Virus record (IMG/VR): IMGVR_UViG_3300025313_000944
Location: 23,333-87,332 of that record
Strand: one strand, 5' to 3'
Length of the DNA: 64,000 nt
From: a virus
Shown piece after piece: positions 1-9,285 of this stretch; the stretch's first letter is position 1; each line of letters opens with the position of its first letter. Position numbers and translations under genes: made by a program. The notes beneath the pieces are model-generated. The model searched no databases and was not told the DNA's origin. It worked only from the letters and a program-made list of their open reading frames with translations.

Positions 1-1
1 A

Positions 2-496
2 GAATTAGATAAAGTAGTTCAGGCTGCCAGTGATTTTACCAATTATCGGTTGTACATTGACAACCACACCGCCGGTGACGTATATTATCTAACTTCGGCT
101 ATCCGGCAATACGTGCAACAATTTGGCATCAAAGTAATCTTCATAGATTATTTGCAGAGGATACCCACGTTGGGGCAGGACTTAACCCAAGAGACAGGTA
201 AGATTACCACTATCCTTAAAACTTTGGCTACCTCACTTGGTATAACCATAGTCTTGGTTTGTCAGTTAAATAGAGATATAGAGCGCCGCCAAGGTAAACC
301 AATACTTTCAGATTTGCGGCAGAGTGGAAGAATAGAAGAAGATAGTGATGTAGTTCTGTTTATCCACCGCGATCCAGATGGAGACACACCAGAAGATACA
401 GAGGTAATCATTGGTAAAAATCGTAATGGTCCCATTGGTAGCTTTACACTTTATTTTGACCAACAAACTACAAAATTTATAGGTCGTGAGAGATGA
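2..496 (+). CDS. dnaB: Replicative DNA helicase, DnaB family (C-terminal part, 5' truncated by window)
   Basis: IFIDYLQ, CQLNR, DLRQSGRIEEDSDVV and KNRNGP motifs; frame open from position 2. Confidence 0.95.
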   Translation, partial: ELDKVVQAASDFTNYRLYIDNHTAGDVYYLTSAIRQYVQQFGIKVIFIDYLQRIPTLGQDLTQETGKITTILKTLATSLGITIVLVCQLNRDIERRQGKPILSDLRQSGRIEEDSDVVLFIHRDPDGDTPEDTEVIIGKNRNGPIGSFTLYFDQQTTKFIGRER

Positions 497-951
497 CCAA
501 AAAGATACCCAAACCTCAACCTAAGGATAGAGGAGGCAAATCAGCTAAACAGTCAGGTAATTATTTTGAATATATGGCTGAAGATTACTTTGATAAGTCG
601 AATATAGCCTCAGCTACCAGAATTGTAGGTTCTGGTGCCTTTGGTAAGATAAGTAGGGAGCCAAGATTGTTGGGTGATTTGCACATAGATTTCGACATAT
701 TGAACCACCCCATCTTGGCAGAATTAAAATTCGGCTATGGTGGCCCCACTCAAATAACGATCAAGAAGGAATGGATCGAAAAAATAACTCAAGAAGCCGA
801 ATTGACTAATAGATATCCAGCTTTGATATTTAAATTTAAAGGAGCCAGAGGAAAAAATTCTAGAATGATTGCCTTTTCTTGGGAAGTATTTATGTCTATT
901 ATGAAGGATTTAGCTGAGTATATTGCTTTTTTGGAGAAGAAAAATGGATGA
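493..951 (+). CDS. Hjc-like PD-(D/E)XK Holliday junction resolvase
   Basis: GNYFE, GSGA, GD and AELK pattern; follows helicase. Confidence 0.7.
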   Translation: MTKKIPKPQPKDRGGKSAKQSGNYFEYMAEDYFDKSNIASATRIVGSGAFGKISREPRLLGDLHIDFDILNHPILAELKFGYGGPTQITIKKEWIEKITQEAELTNRYPALIFKFKGARGKNSRMIAFSWEVFMSIMKDLAEYIAFLEKKNG

Positions 952-1144
952 GATTAAAGATATAGATATGCTTGAACCATACTCCATCGGGCTGGGTTTG
1001 GTAACTCTAACAATACCAACATTTGTAGCTTGGCAATTGGCAGAGGATTTGAAACAGGCTTTATTGGATGAATATGAGATGGTTCCTGGCATACCTACGC
1101 CGAACAATCCACAGCCAGCACCTAAGCTTAAACTTAAGGAGTAA
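944..1144 (+). CDS. Hypothetical protein
   Basis: ATG at 944 with GGAG RBS, packed between neighbours. Confidence 0.6.
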   Translation: MDEIKDIDMLEPYSIGLGLVTLTIPTFVAWQLAEDLKQALLDEYEMVPGIPTPNNPQPAPKLKLKE

Positions 1145-1150
1145 TACACA

Positions 1151-1537
1151 ATGGCTTTTATGAACATAGAAAGTGGTCCCGGTTTCGATTATGATGACCT
1201 CTTCACCGCTTGGAAGCAAATGGCTAATCTGGAAGAGATGGTATCTGAACATACTCGGTTGTTAGATGCTGCACGAGCATTATTTAAGCAGCAATGTTTA
1301 GTCACCAGAGAATATTGGCACAATGATAAACAACCCTCTATGGAGTATTTGAAGCAAGTAATACATTACGTAGGTAATACCGAAGCAGATAGGGATTATC
1401 TCGAATTACGCGAGAAAGAATTGCAAAAATTGCAAAAGGCATTAATCGAAGCCAAAGGTCGTCTGGATGCTATGCACGAACAAATAAGGATTTGGCAATC
1501 GGCTGGCGCTAATGCGAGAAAGACATTAATAGAATGA
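1151..1537 (+). CDS. Hypothetical coiled-coil protein (possibly UvsY-like)
   Basis: AAGGAG RBS; helical C-terminus; function is a guess from size and context. Confidence 0.55.
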   Translation: MAFMNIESGPGFDYDDLFTAWKQMANLEEMVSEHTRLLDAARALFKQQCLVTREYWHNDKQPSMEYLKQVIHYVGNTEADRDYLELREKELQKLQKALIEAKGRLDAMHEQIRIWQSAGANARKTLIE

Positions 1538-1950
1538 GTGCTTTAGTGAGAGCTTTATTACACATCTACGCTGATCTAGAAAACCGTAATGAGGTCGATG
1601 ATTTCCTTTCGTGGAAGATCGACCTAGATCGGGCTTTCAAAATCTTATCTGAATCTAGGACCTTGACAGATATGGAACGCCAAGTGGTCATGATGGTGAG
1701 TACCGGTTGCTCAAACAACCAAGGTTCCAAAGAATTGGGCTTGCCGAGAACTAAGTATCTGGATTTATTGAGATCAGCCAGCATCAAGATGGCCGACTTT
1801 TTGGGCAAGGAATATTCTGATAATATAATCCTGACGAAGATTGAGCACCGACTAGGCAGAACCTTGAGTAATAGGGAGACCAGAAAAGTCTTGCATGCTC
1901 TAACTTCTGCAAATAGTGATTACAAAAAAGATGGCATATTGGGAGAATAA
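1534..1950 (+). CDS. Putative DNA-binding protein with sigma region 4/LuxR-like HTH
   Basis: LTDMERQVVMMVSTGCSNNQGSKELGL pattern. Confidence 0.55.
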   Translation: MSALVRALLHIYADLENRNEVDDFLSWKIDLDRAFKILSESRTLTDMERQVVMMVSTGCSNNQGSKELGLPRTKYLDLLRSASIKMADFLGKEYSDNIILTKIEHRLGRTLSNRETRKVLHALTSANSDYKKDGILGE

Positions 1951-1952
1951 TT

Positions 1953-3461
1953 GTGGAACAAAAAGAAATCATCGATTCAATAAAAGCCAAGGTAGGTACC
2001 AGTCTGACATTAGCCGAAATCCCCAAATTGAGGTGTATCCACCGGCATGTAATCGAAGAGCACCCCATGTGTTTTTTAAACGGGGATATTAAATGGCCTA
2101 CAGACAAAGCATTTGAAAAATATAATGATGTGCCTTGGTTTATGTGGCCTGGGCATAAAATCGGTTACTTGGACATAGAAACCAGTGGACTAAACGTCAA
2201 CTTTGGTACCATGCTATCTTGGGCAATAAAAGAAAAAGGCGGTGGTATTCATTATGATGTAATCACCAAGGATGATATTTTTGATAGAAACATTCGTGAT
2301 TTAAAATTGGTAACCAGTTTGCTGGAAGAATTGAAAAAATATAGCATAGTGGTTACATATTATGGCTGTGTGACTCCTGGTCACAAGATTTTAACTAAAG
2401 ACCTACGTTGGGTCAATGTTGAAACTCTTAAGCCAGGAGATGAGTTATTGTCTTTTGAGGACAACCCATCAAAAAGATCAAGACAGTATACCGAAAGTGT
2501 TGTGATGAATAATGTTCCTATTGTAAAGGATGTTTTTGAAATCACGCTTTCTAATGGACAAAAGTTAGTAGCAACAGGAGACCACCCTTGGCTGGTTAAA
2601 AGACAACGTGTCTGGTGTTGGAGAAAAACAAGCGAATTACTGAATAAGGGTCAAGTAACTAAACTGGACAAGATCATAGATGTGTGGGAAGAATCTAATT
2701 CTAGAGAATCTGGATACTTAGCTGGATTCTTTGACTCTGAGGGTGGAGTTTACCAAGTAAATAGAAAAGATAGAGACGGAGAGTATACATTTTCCGTGTG
2801 GGCATCTCAGAATGAAGAAAGTAATGGGAACATAATTGATGAAGTTGTTAGAGCAGCAAGATCAGAAGGTTTTGAATTATTAGTTCATAGTTATGATAAA
2901 GAACACCCAAGGCAGATGTCTATAGGTGTGGGTGGATCGAAGCAAGAAAAATTGAAGTTTCTTGGTAAAATTAGACCACAGAAGTTAAAGAAACTGGACG
3001 TGAATATACTAGGGGAGATTGGTAGAGAAGATTCTATAGAAATAGTATCAATTATCCCATTGGGAAAACAGGTTGTTTGTGGTCTGGAAACGTCTAGTAA
3101 AACTTATATAGTGGATGGATTTGGTAGTCACAATACTAATTTCGACGTTCCCTTCATTCGCGCCAAAGCTTTGCATTATAACCTAGAGGGCTTAGAGTAC
3201 GGTTCCGCTTTCCATCTCGATCTTTACTTCACCATAAAAAGCAAATTTGCACTGAGCAGAAAATCTCTGGCAGTAGCCACAGAATATTTTGGCATACCCG
3301 GAAAGACACCTATAGAATATTCTGTGTGGTATGATGCACAATTTGGAGAGCCAGAAGAATTGGCTATAGTTCTAGAACACAATATTGCAGATGTAGAGAT
3401 AACTGAGAAACTTCACGACAAGATCACTCCCTATAGAAAGTGGCTACGTAAAAGTGTTTAA
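1953..3461 (+). CDS. RNase H-fold DEDD 3'-5' exonuclease containing an intein
   Basis: ExoI YLDIETSG, ExoII YYG/TNFD split by intein, ExoIII HNIADV. Confidence 0.88.
   Translation: MEQKEIIDSIKAKVGTSLTLAEIPKLRCIHRHVIEEHPMCFLNGDIKWPTDKAFEKYNDVPWFMWPGHKIGYLDIETSGLNVNFGTMLSWAIKEKGGGIHYDVITKDDIFDRNIRDLKLVTSLLEELKKYSIVVTYYGCVTPGHKILTKDLRWVNVETLKPGDELLSFEDNPSKRSRQYTESVVMNNVPIVKDVFEITLSNGQKLVATGDHPWLVKRQRVWCWRKTSELLNKGQVTKLDKIIDVWEESNSRESGYLAGFFDSEGGVYQVNRKDRDGEYTFSVWASQNEESNGNIIDEVVRAARSEGFELLVHSYDKEHPRQMSIGVGGSKQEKLKFLGKIRPQKLKKLDVNILGEIGREDSIEIVSIIPLGKQVVCGLETSSKTYIVDGFGSHNTNFDVPFIRAKALHYNLEGLEYGSAFHLDLYFTIKSKFALSRKSLAVATEYFGIPGKTPIEYSVWYDAQFGEPEELAIVLEHNIADVEITEKLHDKITPYRKWLRKSV
2367..3134 (+). 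mobile_element. Intein (256 aa) with LAGLIDADG-type endonuclease domain
   Basis: Starts CVTPGHKILT, block B ATGDHPW, YLAGFFDSEG, ends GSHN followed by Thr. Confidence 0.92.
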
Positions 3462-3651
3462 TGTGTGGAAATATGAACGTCGGGAAAGAAAATTAGAATC
3501 TCGTAAGAAGAGAATACCTAAACATAGTAAGGAACTCGGTGAACTATATGCTAATGCGATACTCAAACGAGCCAAGGTGAAGCACCGCAAAAGTCGGGGA
3601 AACTCAGGCTTGACAAAGCAATCACCAGATGCTAATATAGAGGAAGATTGA
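3454..3651 (+). CDS. Small basic hypothetical protein
   Basis: Overlaps upstream stop; K/R-rich. Confidence 0.5.
   Translation: MFNVWKYERRERKLESRKKRIPKHSKELGELYANAILKRAKVKHRKSRGNSGLTKQSPDANIEED
3596..3638 (+). promoter_or_regulatory. Sigma70-type promoter with shared upstream box
   Basis: GGGGAAACT-N4-C-TTGACA-N17-TAATAT, TG-extended -10. Confidence 0.65.
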
Positions 3652-3667
3652 AAAGGAGAAATAAAGA

Positions 3668-3790
3668 ATGAGTGAACATTTTGTAGCCCACTTTATTATA
3701 GTAGGCAACCAACTTCTCGACGTTGTTGGGGTATTATTGGTTGTTCTGGCTTACGAGGGCCTTAGGTTCTTGGTTAAAAACATATTCTAA
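3668..3790 (+). CDS. 40-aa membrane peptide
   Basis: AAAGGAG RBS; MSEHFVAHF...VVGVLLVVLAY; below the ORF-track cutoff. Confidence 0.6.
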   Translation: MSEHFVAHFIIVGNQLLDVVGVLLVVLAYEGLRFLVKNIF

Positions 3791-3803
3791 AAGGAGAAAT
3801 TTA

Positions 3804-4865
3804 ATGAGTTCTTTAGTGGTTGAGGTTTGTGAAGTTAAAAAGGTGGAGACACACCCTAATGCCGATAGGTTAGAATTAGCCATGGTCAAGGGTTGGCAAA
3901 CAATTATCGGCAAAGGAGATCACCAGGTTGGTGATTTAGTTATCTTCGTGCCACCTGATTCTATCTTGCCGGAAAATTTAATTAAGCGATTTAATATTAC
4001 TTATCTTAAGGGTAAGAATGGTAGAGTTGGTGTAGTAAAATTGCGGGGAGTATTCTCTTATGGTTTAATTCTACCCAACGAGGATAGTCACAGGTTGGGA
4101 ACCAACGTAGCCGATATTTACGGCATTATTAAATGGGAACCACCATCGGAAGTACACACAGTTGGTGGTCGCCGCAGCAGGAACCAGAAAGGCAATCCTA
4201 ACTTCTTTAAGTATACTGATATTGAGAATTACCGTAACTTCGAGGATGTCCTGCGGGAAGGTGAGCGAGTTGTGATCACCGAAAAAATTCACGGCACAAA
4301 TCTAAGGCTGGGGTGGGTAGAGAAGCCAATTGGTAACCTCCACAAATTTATTCGTAACCTGTTCAAGTTGGGACCAGTCTATGAATTTATAGTTGGTTCC
4401 CGCAACGTACAATACAATTACTATAGAGATATTACTTATTACGGCATCAATATCTATATACTTATGTCAGTTAGGTTGGGCTTGACTAGGCTGCCCAAAG
4501 GTTATACAGTCTATGGAGAAATCTATGGGCCAAGTATCCAAGATTTAACTTATAGTGCTCAGAAATTAGGTGTGGTTTTCTTCGACGTGATGTGGAAAGG
4601 TAGATACCTAGATTACACCGATGCTCGTATGTTTTTCAGCAGACAAGAATTGCCAACCGTGCCGATGTTATATGCAGGTCCTTGGAGCTACGAGAAAGGC
4701 CAAGAGTTGGTTACTGGCTTATCGAAGATGGACAACAAAACTATAAGAGAAGGCATCGTCATTCGCCCGGTTCACGAACGAGTTGACCCCAAACTTGGCC
4801 GAGTTATTGTCAAGCTAATAAATCCTGATTATCTCGTTCGCAAAGGTGCTTCGGAGAATAAATAA
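3804..4865 (+). CDS. ATP-dependent RNA ligase, DRB0094 (Rnl5) family
   Basis: N-terminal HPNADRLELA OB domain; EKIHGTN, YGEIYG, FFDV, REGIV and terminal K motifs; AAGGAG RBS. Confidence 0.92.
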   Translation: MSSLVVEVCEVKKVETHPNADRLELAMVKGWQTIIGKGDHQVGDLVIFVPPDSILPENLIKRFNITYLKGKNGRVGVVKLRGVFSYGLILPNEDSHRLGTNVADIYGIIKWEPPSEVHTVGGRRSRNQKGNPNFFKYTDIENYRNFEDVLREGERVVITEKIHGTNLRLGWVEKPIGNLHKFIRNLFKLGPVYEFIVGSRNVQYNYYRDITYYGINIYILMSVRLGLTRLPKGYTVYGEIYGPSIQDLTYSAQKLGVVFFDVMWKGRYLDYTDARMFFSRQELPTVPMLYAGPWSYEKGQELVTGLSKMDNKTIREGIVIRPVHERVDPKLGRVIVKLINPDYLVRKGASENK

Positions 4866-5161
4866 TGAGAAGGTTTGTAATCCGCACAATCAAAAATGGG
4901 CAAGTAAAAATCTTTGGCAAGATATTTGAACCAGACAACAAATTTATGGAGTATGATGGTAGATTGGATGGCCTGCGCTATGCGTTTGGCTTGTATTATA
5001 CACCCATATTGTTGGATGAACAAACTGTTGGCTATGATATATTTTCTGTAAATCTTTGGGGACCAGAAGAAAACTACAAAAACCCAGTTACTCAGACGTG
5101 GGCAATTGATCCACAGATTGTGGAAGGTCATTATCCTTGGTTGATTTGGTGGAGAGTTTGA
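4865..5161 (+). CDS. Hypothetical protein
   Basis: TAATG coupling to upstream gene. Confidence 0.6.
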   Translation: MRRFVIRTIKNGQVKIFGKIFEPDNKFMEYDGRLDGLRYAFGLYYTPILLDEQTVGYDIFSVNLWGPEENYKNPVTQTWAIDPQIVEGHYPWLIWWRV

Positions 5162-6004
5162 ATGTTCTTTATGCCAGAGATCGAAGCCAGATACACGAGT
5201 GAGCAACTTTTGGCTTTGCCAAATTCTTACCTTAAAAGTAGGAAGAATGGTGAATATAGTTCAGCCTGTATTGTGTGTGGTGGTGAGGATAGGTTTCAAT
5301 TTTGGCCCAGTGTTGGTAATTATTTTTGCCGGCAATGTGGCTTGCGAGGATTTGTGGGTGATGCGCCGGCAATCAAAGATAAAACTTTGGCCAAGATCAT
5401 CAATGATAAGTTGACCAGCATAACTCCCGAAGTTGTAACTTGGCGGCAATACCATTATGACTTATTGATTAATGAATTGGCTTTAAATTATTGGTACAGA
5501 GAGTTGGGACCAGAAGCAGATAGGGCCATCGATCATTTTGGATTAGGATTTTGTGCAGACTATAAAGGTTTAGGTCCTAGTGTAACTATACCTATTAGTT
5601 ATTCTGACAAGGTTTACGTAATCAAACATCGTTTGTTGGCACCGCCCAAGGAGAAATACATAACTGAACCAAGTGGCCGAGGAGCTATGTTGCTCAACTT
5701 AGATGAAGCATTAATCTCGCCGAGAGTTATCATAACTGAGGGGGAAAAGAAAGCCATTAGATTGTGGCTGGAAGGTTATGTAGCAGTGTCACCTACCAAT
5801 GGGGCTGATGGTTTCCAAGATAATTGGGCTATCTTCTTCTTGGGCAAGGAGGTCTATGTTATCTTTGATCCAGATTCTAATGGGCAGAAAAATGCTAAAC
5901 GAGTTGCAGACTTGTTAGGTGGAAAGGTAATTGATTTACCGGATAAAGTAGATACTTGGATTAACAGTGGTGGTAATATTAAGGAAATTCTAGGAGAGTG
6001 GTGA
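5162..6004 (+). CDS. DNA primase (Zn finger + TOPRIM)
   Basis: CIVCGGEDRF...CRQC Zn finger; ITEGEKKA; FDPDSNG. Confidence 0.88.
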   Translation: MFFMPEIEARYTSEQLLALPNSYLKSRKNGEYSSACIVCGGEDRFQFWPSVGNYFCRQCGLRGFVGDAPAIKDKTLAKIINDKLTSITPEVVTWRQYHYDLLINELALNYWYRELGPEADRAIDHFGLGFCADYKGLGPSVTIPISYSDKVYVIKHRLLAPPKEKYITEPSGRGAMLLNLDEALISPRVIITEGEKKAIRLWLEGYVAVSPTNGADGFQDNWAIFFLGKEVYVIFDPDSNGQKNAKRVADLLGGKVIDLPDKVDTWINSGGNIKEILGEW

Positions 6005-6005
6005 A

Positions 6006-6251
6006 ATGGACACAGGAAATTTTTGGCAATCGAAATATGACAATCTGGTTTCTAGTTTGACGGAGACGCAAAAGGAAGCTTTATCACAATGGTTGGATGG
6101 TACACCTTTGGTCGTTGAAAAATTTCCACACACCCAAGGTTGTAGTGTGGTAATTTATGGTGGAGATGAAGAAATAATTTTTGAATTTGATACAAAAGGA
6201 AATTTTGTAAGCCTTGATGCCTTTGAGGTGGGTAGGTTCGGATGGAAATAA
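6006..6251 (+). CDS. Hypothetical protein
   Basis: RBS, operon packing. Confidence 0.6.
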   Translation: MDTGNFWQSKYDNLVSSLTETQKEALSQWLDGTPLVVEKFPHTQGCSVVIYGGDEEIIFEFDTKGNFVSLDAFEVGRFGWK

Positions 6252-6451
6252 TTCTATATAGTCTATTGGGATTGAGTTATTTGGTAATTTTTTCTCTGTT
6301 GGTGACCTTTGTCAATTTGGTGAAAGGTGAAATCTATTGGTTGAGTTTATTAATAATATTATTCTGGCCCATTACTCTGCCGATTTTATTTCTGGTTTCA
6401 TTGTTTCAGGTATTGTTGAGGAGATATATGGATGGACATCTATTTGGCTAG
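6242..6451 (+). CDS. Small membrane protein
   Basis: Two hydrophobic segments, FWPI motif. Confidence 0.6.
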   Translation: MEIILYSLLGLSYLVIFSLLVTFVNLVKGEIYWLSLLIILFWPITLPILFLVSLFQVLLRRYMDGHLFG

Positions 6452-6875
6452 ACCGATAAATGGTTACTCTTATTTGGAAGTTATGGATTGGTATAAAAAG
6501 ACACGAGGAGAGTTGGAATACTTTTATACGATCTTATCACCTATGAGCAACAAAGAAGCCTTGAGAACAGAAACCAAATTCAGAGCACATGGATACGATA
6601 ATAATCCAGTCTCAACCAATCACGCTATCATAGAACGAGATAGGTGGATGGTTTCCAGAGCAGATGTTGTCTTTATGGATTTGAGTAACACGGCTGAAGT
6701 ATCTATCGGATGTATGATGGAACTGGCTTGGGCGCACCAGCTTGGTAAACACACCATTGTAGTTATGTCTGAAGATAATATACATCAACATGCTTTCGTT
6801 TTAGAGGCGGCTGATATTGTATTTACAACTTATGAAGATGCTATCTGGTATTTACAAGAGTTAATAGGAGGTTAA
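6432..6875 (+). CDS. Nucleoside 2-deoxyribosyltransferase-like protein
   Basis: IYLARPI, D..ADVV, SIGCMMELAWA. Confidence 0.85.
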   Translation: MDIYLARPINGYSYLEVMDWYKKTRGELEYFYTILSPMSNKEALRTETKFRAHGYDNNPVSTNHAIIERDRWMVSRADVVFMDLSNTAEVSIGCMMELAWAHQLGKHTIVVMSEDNIHQHAFVLEAADIVFTTYEDAIWYLQELIGG

Positions 6876-6876
6876 A

Positions 6877-7080
6877 ATGTGGGAATATTTAGCACCAGAA
6901 TATCCAGCAATTGTAGATGTGGAAAATGAACCGAGTATTCGTGAATGTTTATCTAGCTTTGAAAGAGATAGAGTTACAAATTTGTTAGACGAAATTCGTT
7001 CATTTATTATGAATAGTAAACCACTTCATGCATTATTTGCTTTAGATGAATTAATGAAAATTCTGAAGTTGGAGGATTAA
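6877..7080 (+). CDS. Hypothetical protein
   Basis: GGAGG RBS; C-terminus resembles that of the next gene. Confidence 0.6.
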   Translation: MWEYLAPEYPAIVDVENEPSIRECLSSFERDRVTNLLDEIRSFIMNSKPLHALFALDELMKILKLED

Positions 7081-7081
7081 G

Positions 7082-7561
7082 ATGTGGGAAGATTTGGCAA
7101 CTGGGGAAAGTGGCAATTTAGAATTAGAGCAAGCTTGGTTACGCAAAGCCAAAGAGGTGTTTGATCTCTTCTGTCAGAAACAGATCGGATATGGCCCCTT
7201 CAACATAGCTCAAACCAGAGAAACCGGTGTAACCATTCGATTGAATGACAAAATGAAACGGTTGCTCACGTTACATCTTGGTGACAGAGAAAGTCCATTG
7301 GAGGATGAAAGTCTGCGTGATACGGTTTTAGACATAGCTGATTATGGAATTATTTGGTTGTTGTGCCACGATGGTGATTGGCCGGAATATGAAGAGTTAG
7401 ATTTGTCCGGTTTCGGAGAAAACAAAGTTGTTAATTTATTGAATGAAGTACGTTCATGTCTTAGAGATCATGATTGTTCCCAACATGATCACGAATTGAG
7501 ATATGCAAAGTTTGCTTTAGATGAATTAGAACAAATCTTCGGAGAGAATGAAAATGGATGA
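7082..7561 (+). CDS. DUF1599-like all-alpha nucleotide-modification-associated protein
   Basis: KQIGYG...IRLNDKMKRL...ESLRDTVLDIADYGI. Confidence 0.75.
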   Translation: MWEDLATGESGNLELEQAWLRKAKEVFDLFCQKQIGYGPFNIAQTRETGVTIRLNDKMKRLLTLHLGDRESPLEDESLRDTVLDIADYGIIWLLCHDGDWPEYEELDLSGFGENKVVNLLNEVRSCLRDHDCSQHDHELRYAKFALDELEQIFGENENG

Positions 7562-7937
7562 GATACAAAAGGGAGTTTTAACTTTCCATAAAGAAACAGG
7601 TTTGTATTATGCCGATAAACCAACTATGTTACCTGAACGAGAAATGAATATCTCTATTCGTTTAATCGAGGAAGAGTTCGATGAGTACGTAGAAGCTTAT
7701 GAAAAAGACGATATAATTGGTATGGCTGATGCCTTAGGTGATCTACTGTATGTGGTGTATGGAGCCGCCGTCAGGTTGGGAGTGGATATGTCGAACATCA
7801 TGGAAGAAATCCAACGCAGTAATATGACCAAGACTGGCGGACATTTAGATGAGCGGGGAAAATTTATAAAACCGGAAACCTATTCTCCGCCAAGAATTCG
7901 GCAGGTGCTTGAATGGCAGGGGTGGGTAGAGAAATGA
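7548..7937 (+). CDS. MazG-like / PRA-PH family NTP pyrophosphohydrolase
   Basis: LIEEEFDE, DALGDLLYV, SNMTK, GKFIKP. Confidence 0.88.
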   Translation: MKMDEIQKGVLTFHKETGLYYADKPTMLPEREMNISIRLIEEEFDEYVEAYEKDDIIGMADALGDLLYVVYGAAVRLGVDMSNIMEEIQRSNMTKTGGHLDERGKFIKPETYSPPRIRQVLEWQGWVEK

Positions 7938-8134
7938 GAAAATTTATCTTGGGATTGTTAATGGTATTATTCTTAACTTCGGGAGTGAATGTGTCGCAAG
8001 GCTGTCAAGCTTATAAACAAGTGCGTGTATGCAGAGGCAACATCTGCGAATATAGGTGGGAATGTGTTAGGTACGCAAATAGGTACACCCCACCGTTGCG
8101 TCAACCCAGACCTAATAGAATACCCAGACGATAA
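7934..8134 (+). CDS. Small secreted Cys/Arg-rich peptide
   Basis: Signal peptide MRKFILGLLMVLFL, four Cys, Pro/Arg tail; ATGA overlap with upstream gene. Confidence 0.6.
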   Translation: MRKFILGLLMVLFLTSGVNVSQGCQAYKQVRVCRGNICEYRWECVRYANRYTPPLRQPRPNRIPRR

Positions 8135-8151
8135 GTTGAAGGAAGATAATC

Positions 8152-8773
8152 ATGAAAAAGGAGAATGATGCCTTGGTGGATCAGAAATACAACATCGTGT
8201 TGGCCGATCCGCCATGGCGCTGAATGCTTCAAAAACTGGTCTATGTCTGAATTAGTCAAGCGTGGGGAAAAGTGGGCACGCAAGAATGGTAGAAGTCCTT
8301 ATCCTGTCATGCTGACAGAAGATATCGCTAAGTTGCCTGTATCTAATTTATCTGCGAAAGACAGTGTATTATTTCTGTGGGCAACTTATCCAAAACTTGA
8401 AGATGCTTTATATGTTATGAAAAGCTGGGGTTGGGAGTACAAAACGGTTGCCTTCTCGTGGGTAAAATTAAATCCATCTGGTGTAGGTTTCCACTTCGGG
8501 TTGGGGTACTGGACAAGGCAAAATCCTGAATTATGTCTACTGGGAACTAGAGGTCATCCCAAGCGGGTGAATAATTCTGTACCCAATTTGGTTATCTATC
8601 CGCGTGGAAAGCACAGTGCCAAGCCACCTGAAGTCAGAGATAGGATCGTTAAATTGATGGGTGATTTACCGCGCGTAGAGTTGTTTGCCACAGAGGTAGT
8701 AGAGGATTGGGATGCCATTGGAGATCAAATAGACGGTCATGATATTCGTGAGGTATTAAATGAAACCATTTAA
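8152..8773 (+). pseudogene. MT-A70 family N6-adenine methyltransferase, frame-broken just after the DPPW motif
   Basis: 8152-8223 encodes KYNIVLADPPWR-stop; the rest (LFLWAT, GLGYWTRQNPE, HSAKP, RVELFA) is in the +1 frame. Confidence 0.85.
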
Positions 8774-8972
8774 AGTACACTATAAGCTGAGTGAAGTTCT
8801 TAAGGGTGAACATTTCATTCAACGTGGATTAGTTCTTTACCGCAAGACTGAAGATGGTTACAAAGTGGTAGACACTGCTTTCGGGGAAGACCCCAACTTG
8901 GAAATTGAACAAGATGAAATAGTAGAAATAGTAAATCCACACGAGTGGTATTATACCACGGAGGAGAATTAG
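8760..8972 (+). CDS. Hypothetical protein
   Basis: GAGG RBS. Confidence 0.6.
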   Translation: MKPFKVHYKLSEVLKGEHFIQRGLVLYRKTEDGYKVVDTAFGEDPNLEIEQDEIVEIVNPHEWYYTTEEN

Positions 8973-8973
8973 G

Positions 8974-9285
8974 ATGGCTACAGTAGAGGTTTTTAATTAT
9001 TTGAATGAAGTACCTGGTATACATTTGGCTTTACCAACGCGGTGTAAGTTGCCAGAATGTTATAGCATGGTTTATTTTCCATACCATGTTTGGCGGCTTA
9101 CTCTCAAGGAGAATAATTATTCGATGTTCTGGTTGTTTTGTTGTGAAGATCATAAAGCTAAATGGTTAGAGTTAATGTATAGTCAGTTCCACACTAGCAT
9201 GGGTATAATGCAGCATGCTATTATTAAAGAGTTGGAACGAGTAAAAAAGGCGGCTGAATTATTGGAGGTTGAAAGTAATGGTTGA
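8974..9285 (+). CDS. Hypothetical Cys-containing protein
   Basis: GGAG RBS, operon packing. Confidence 0.6.
   Translation: MATVEVFNYLNEVPGIHLALPTRCKLPECYSMVYFPYHVWRLTLKENNYSMFWLFCCEDHKAKWLELMYSQFHTSMGIMQHAIIKELERVKKAAELLEVESNG

Noticed and set aside
8165-8227. ORF-track N-terminus MMPWWIRN of the methyltransferase
   Set aside because: The conserved DPPW N-terminus is in the other frame, starting at 8152.
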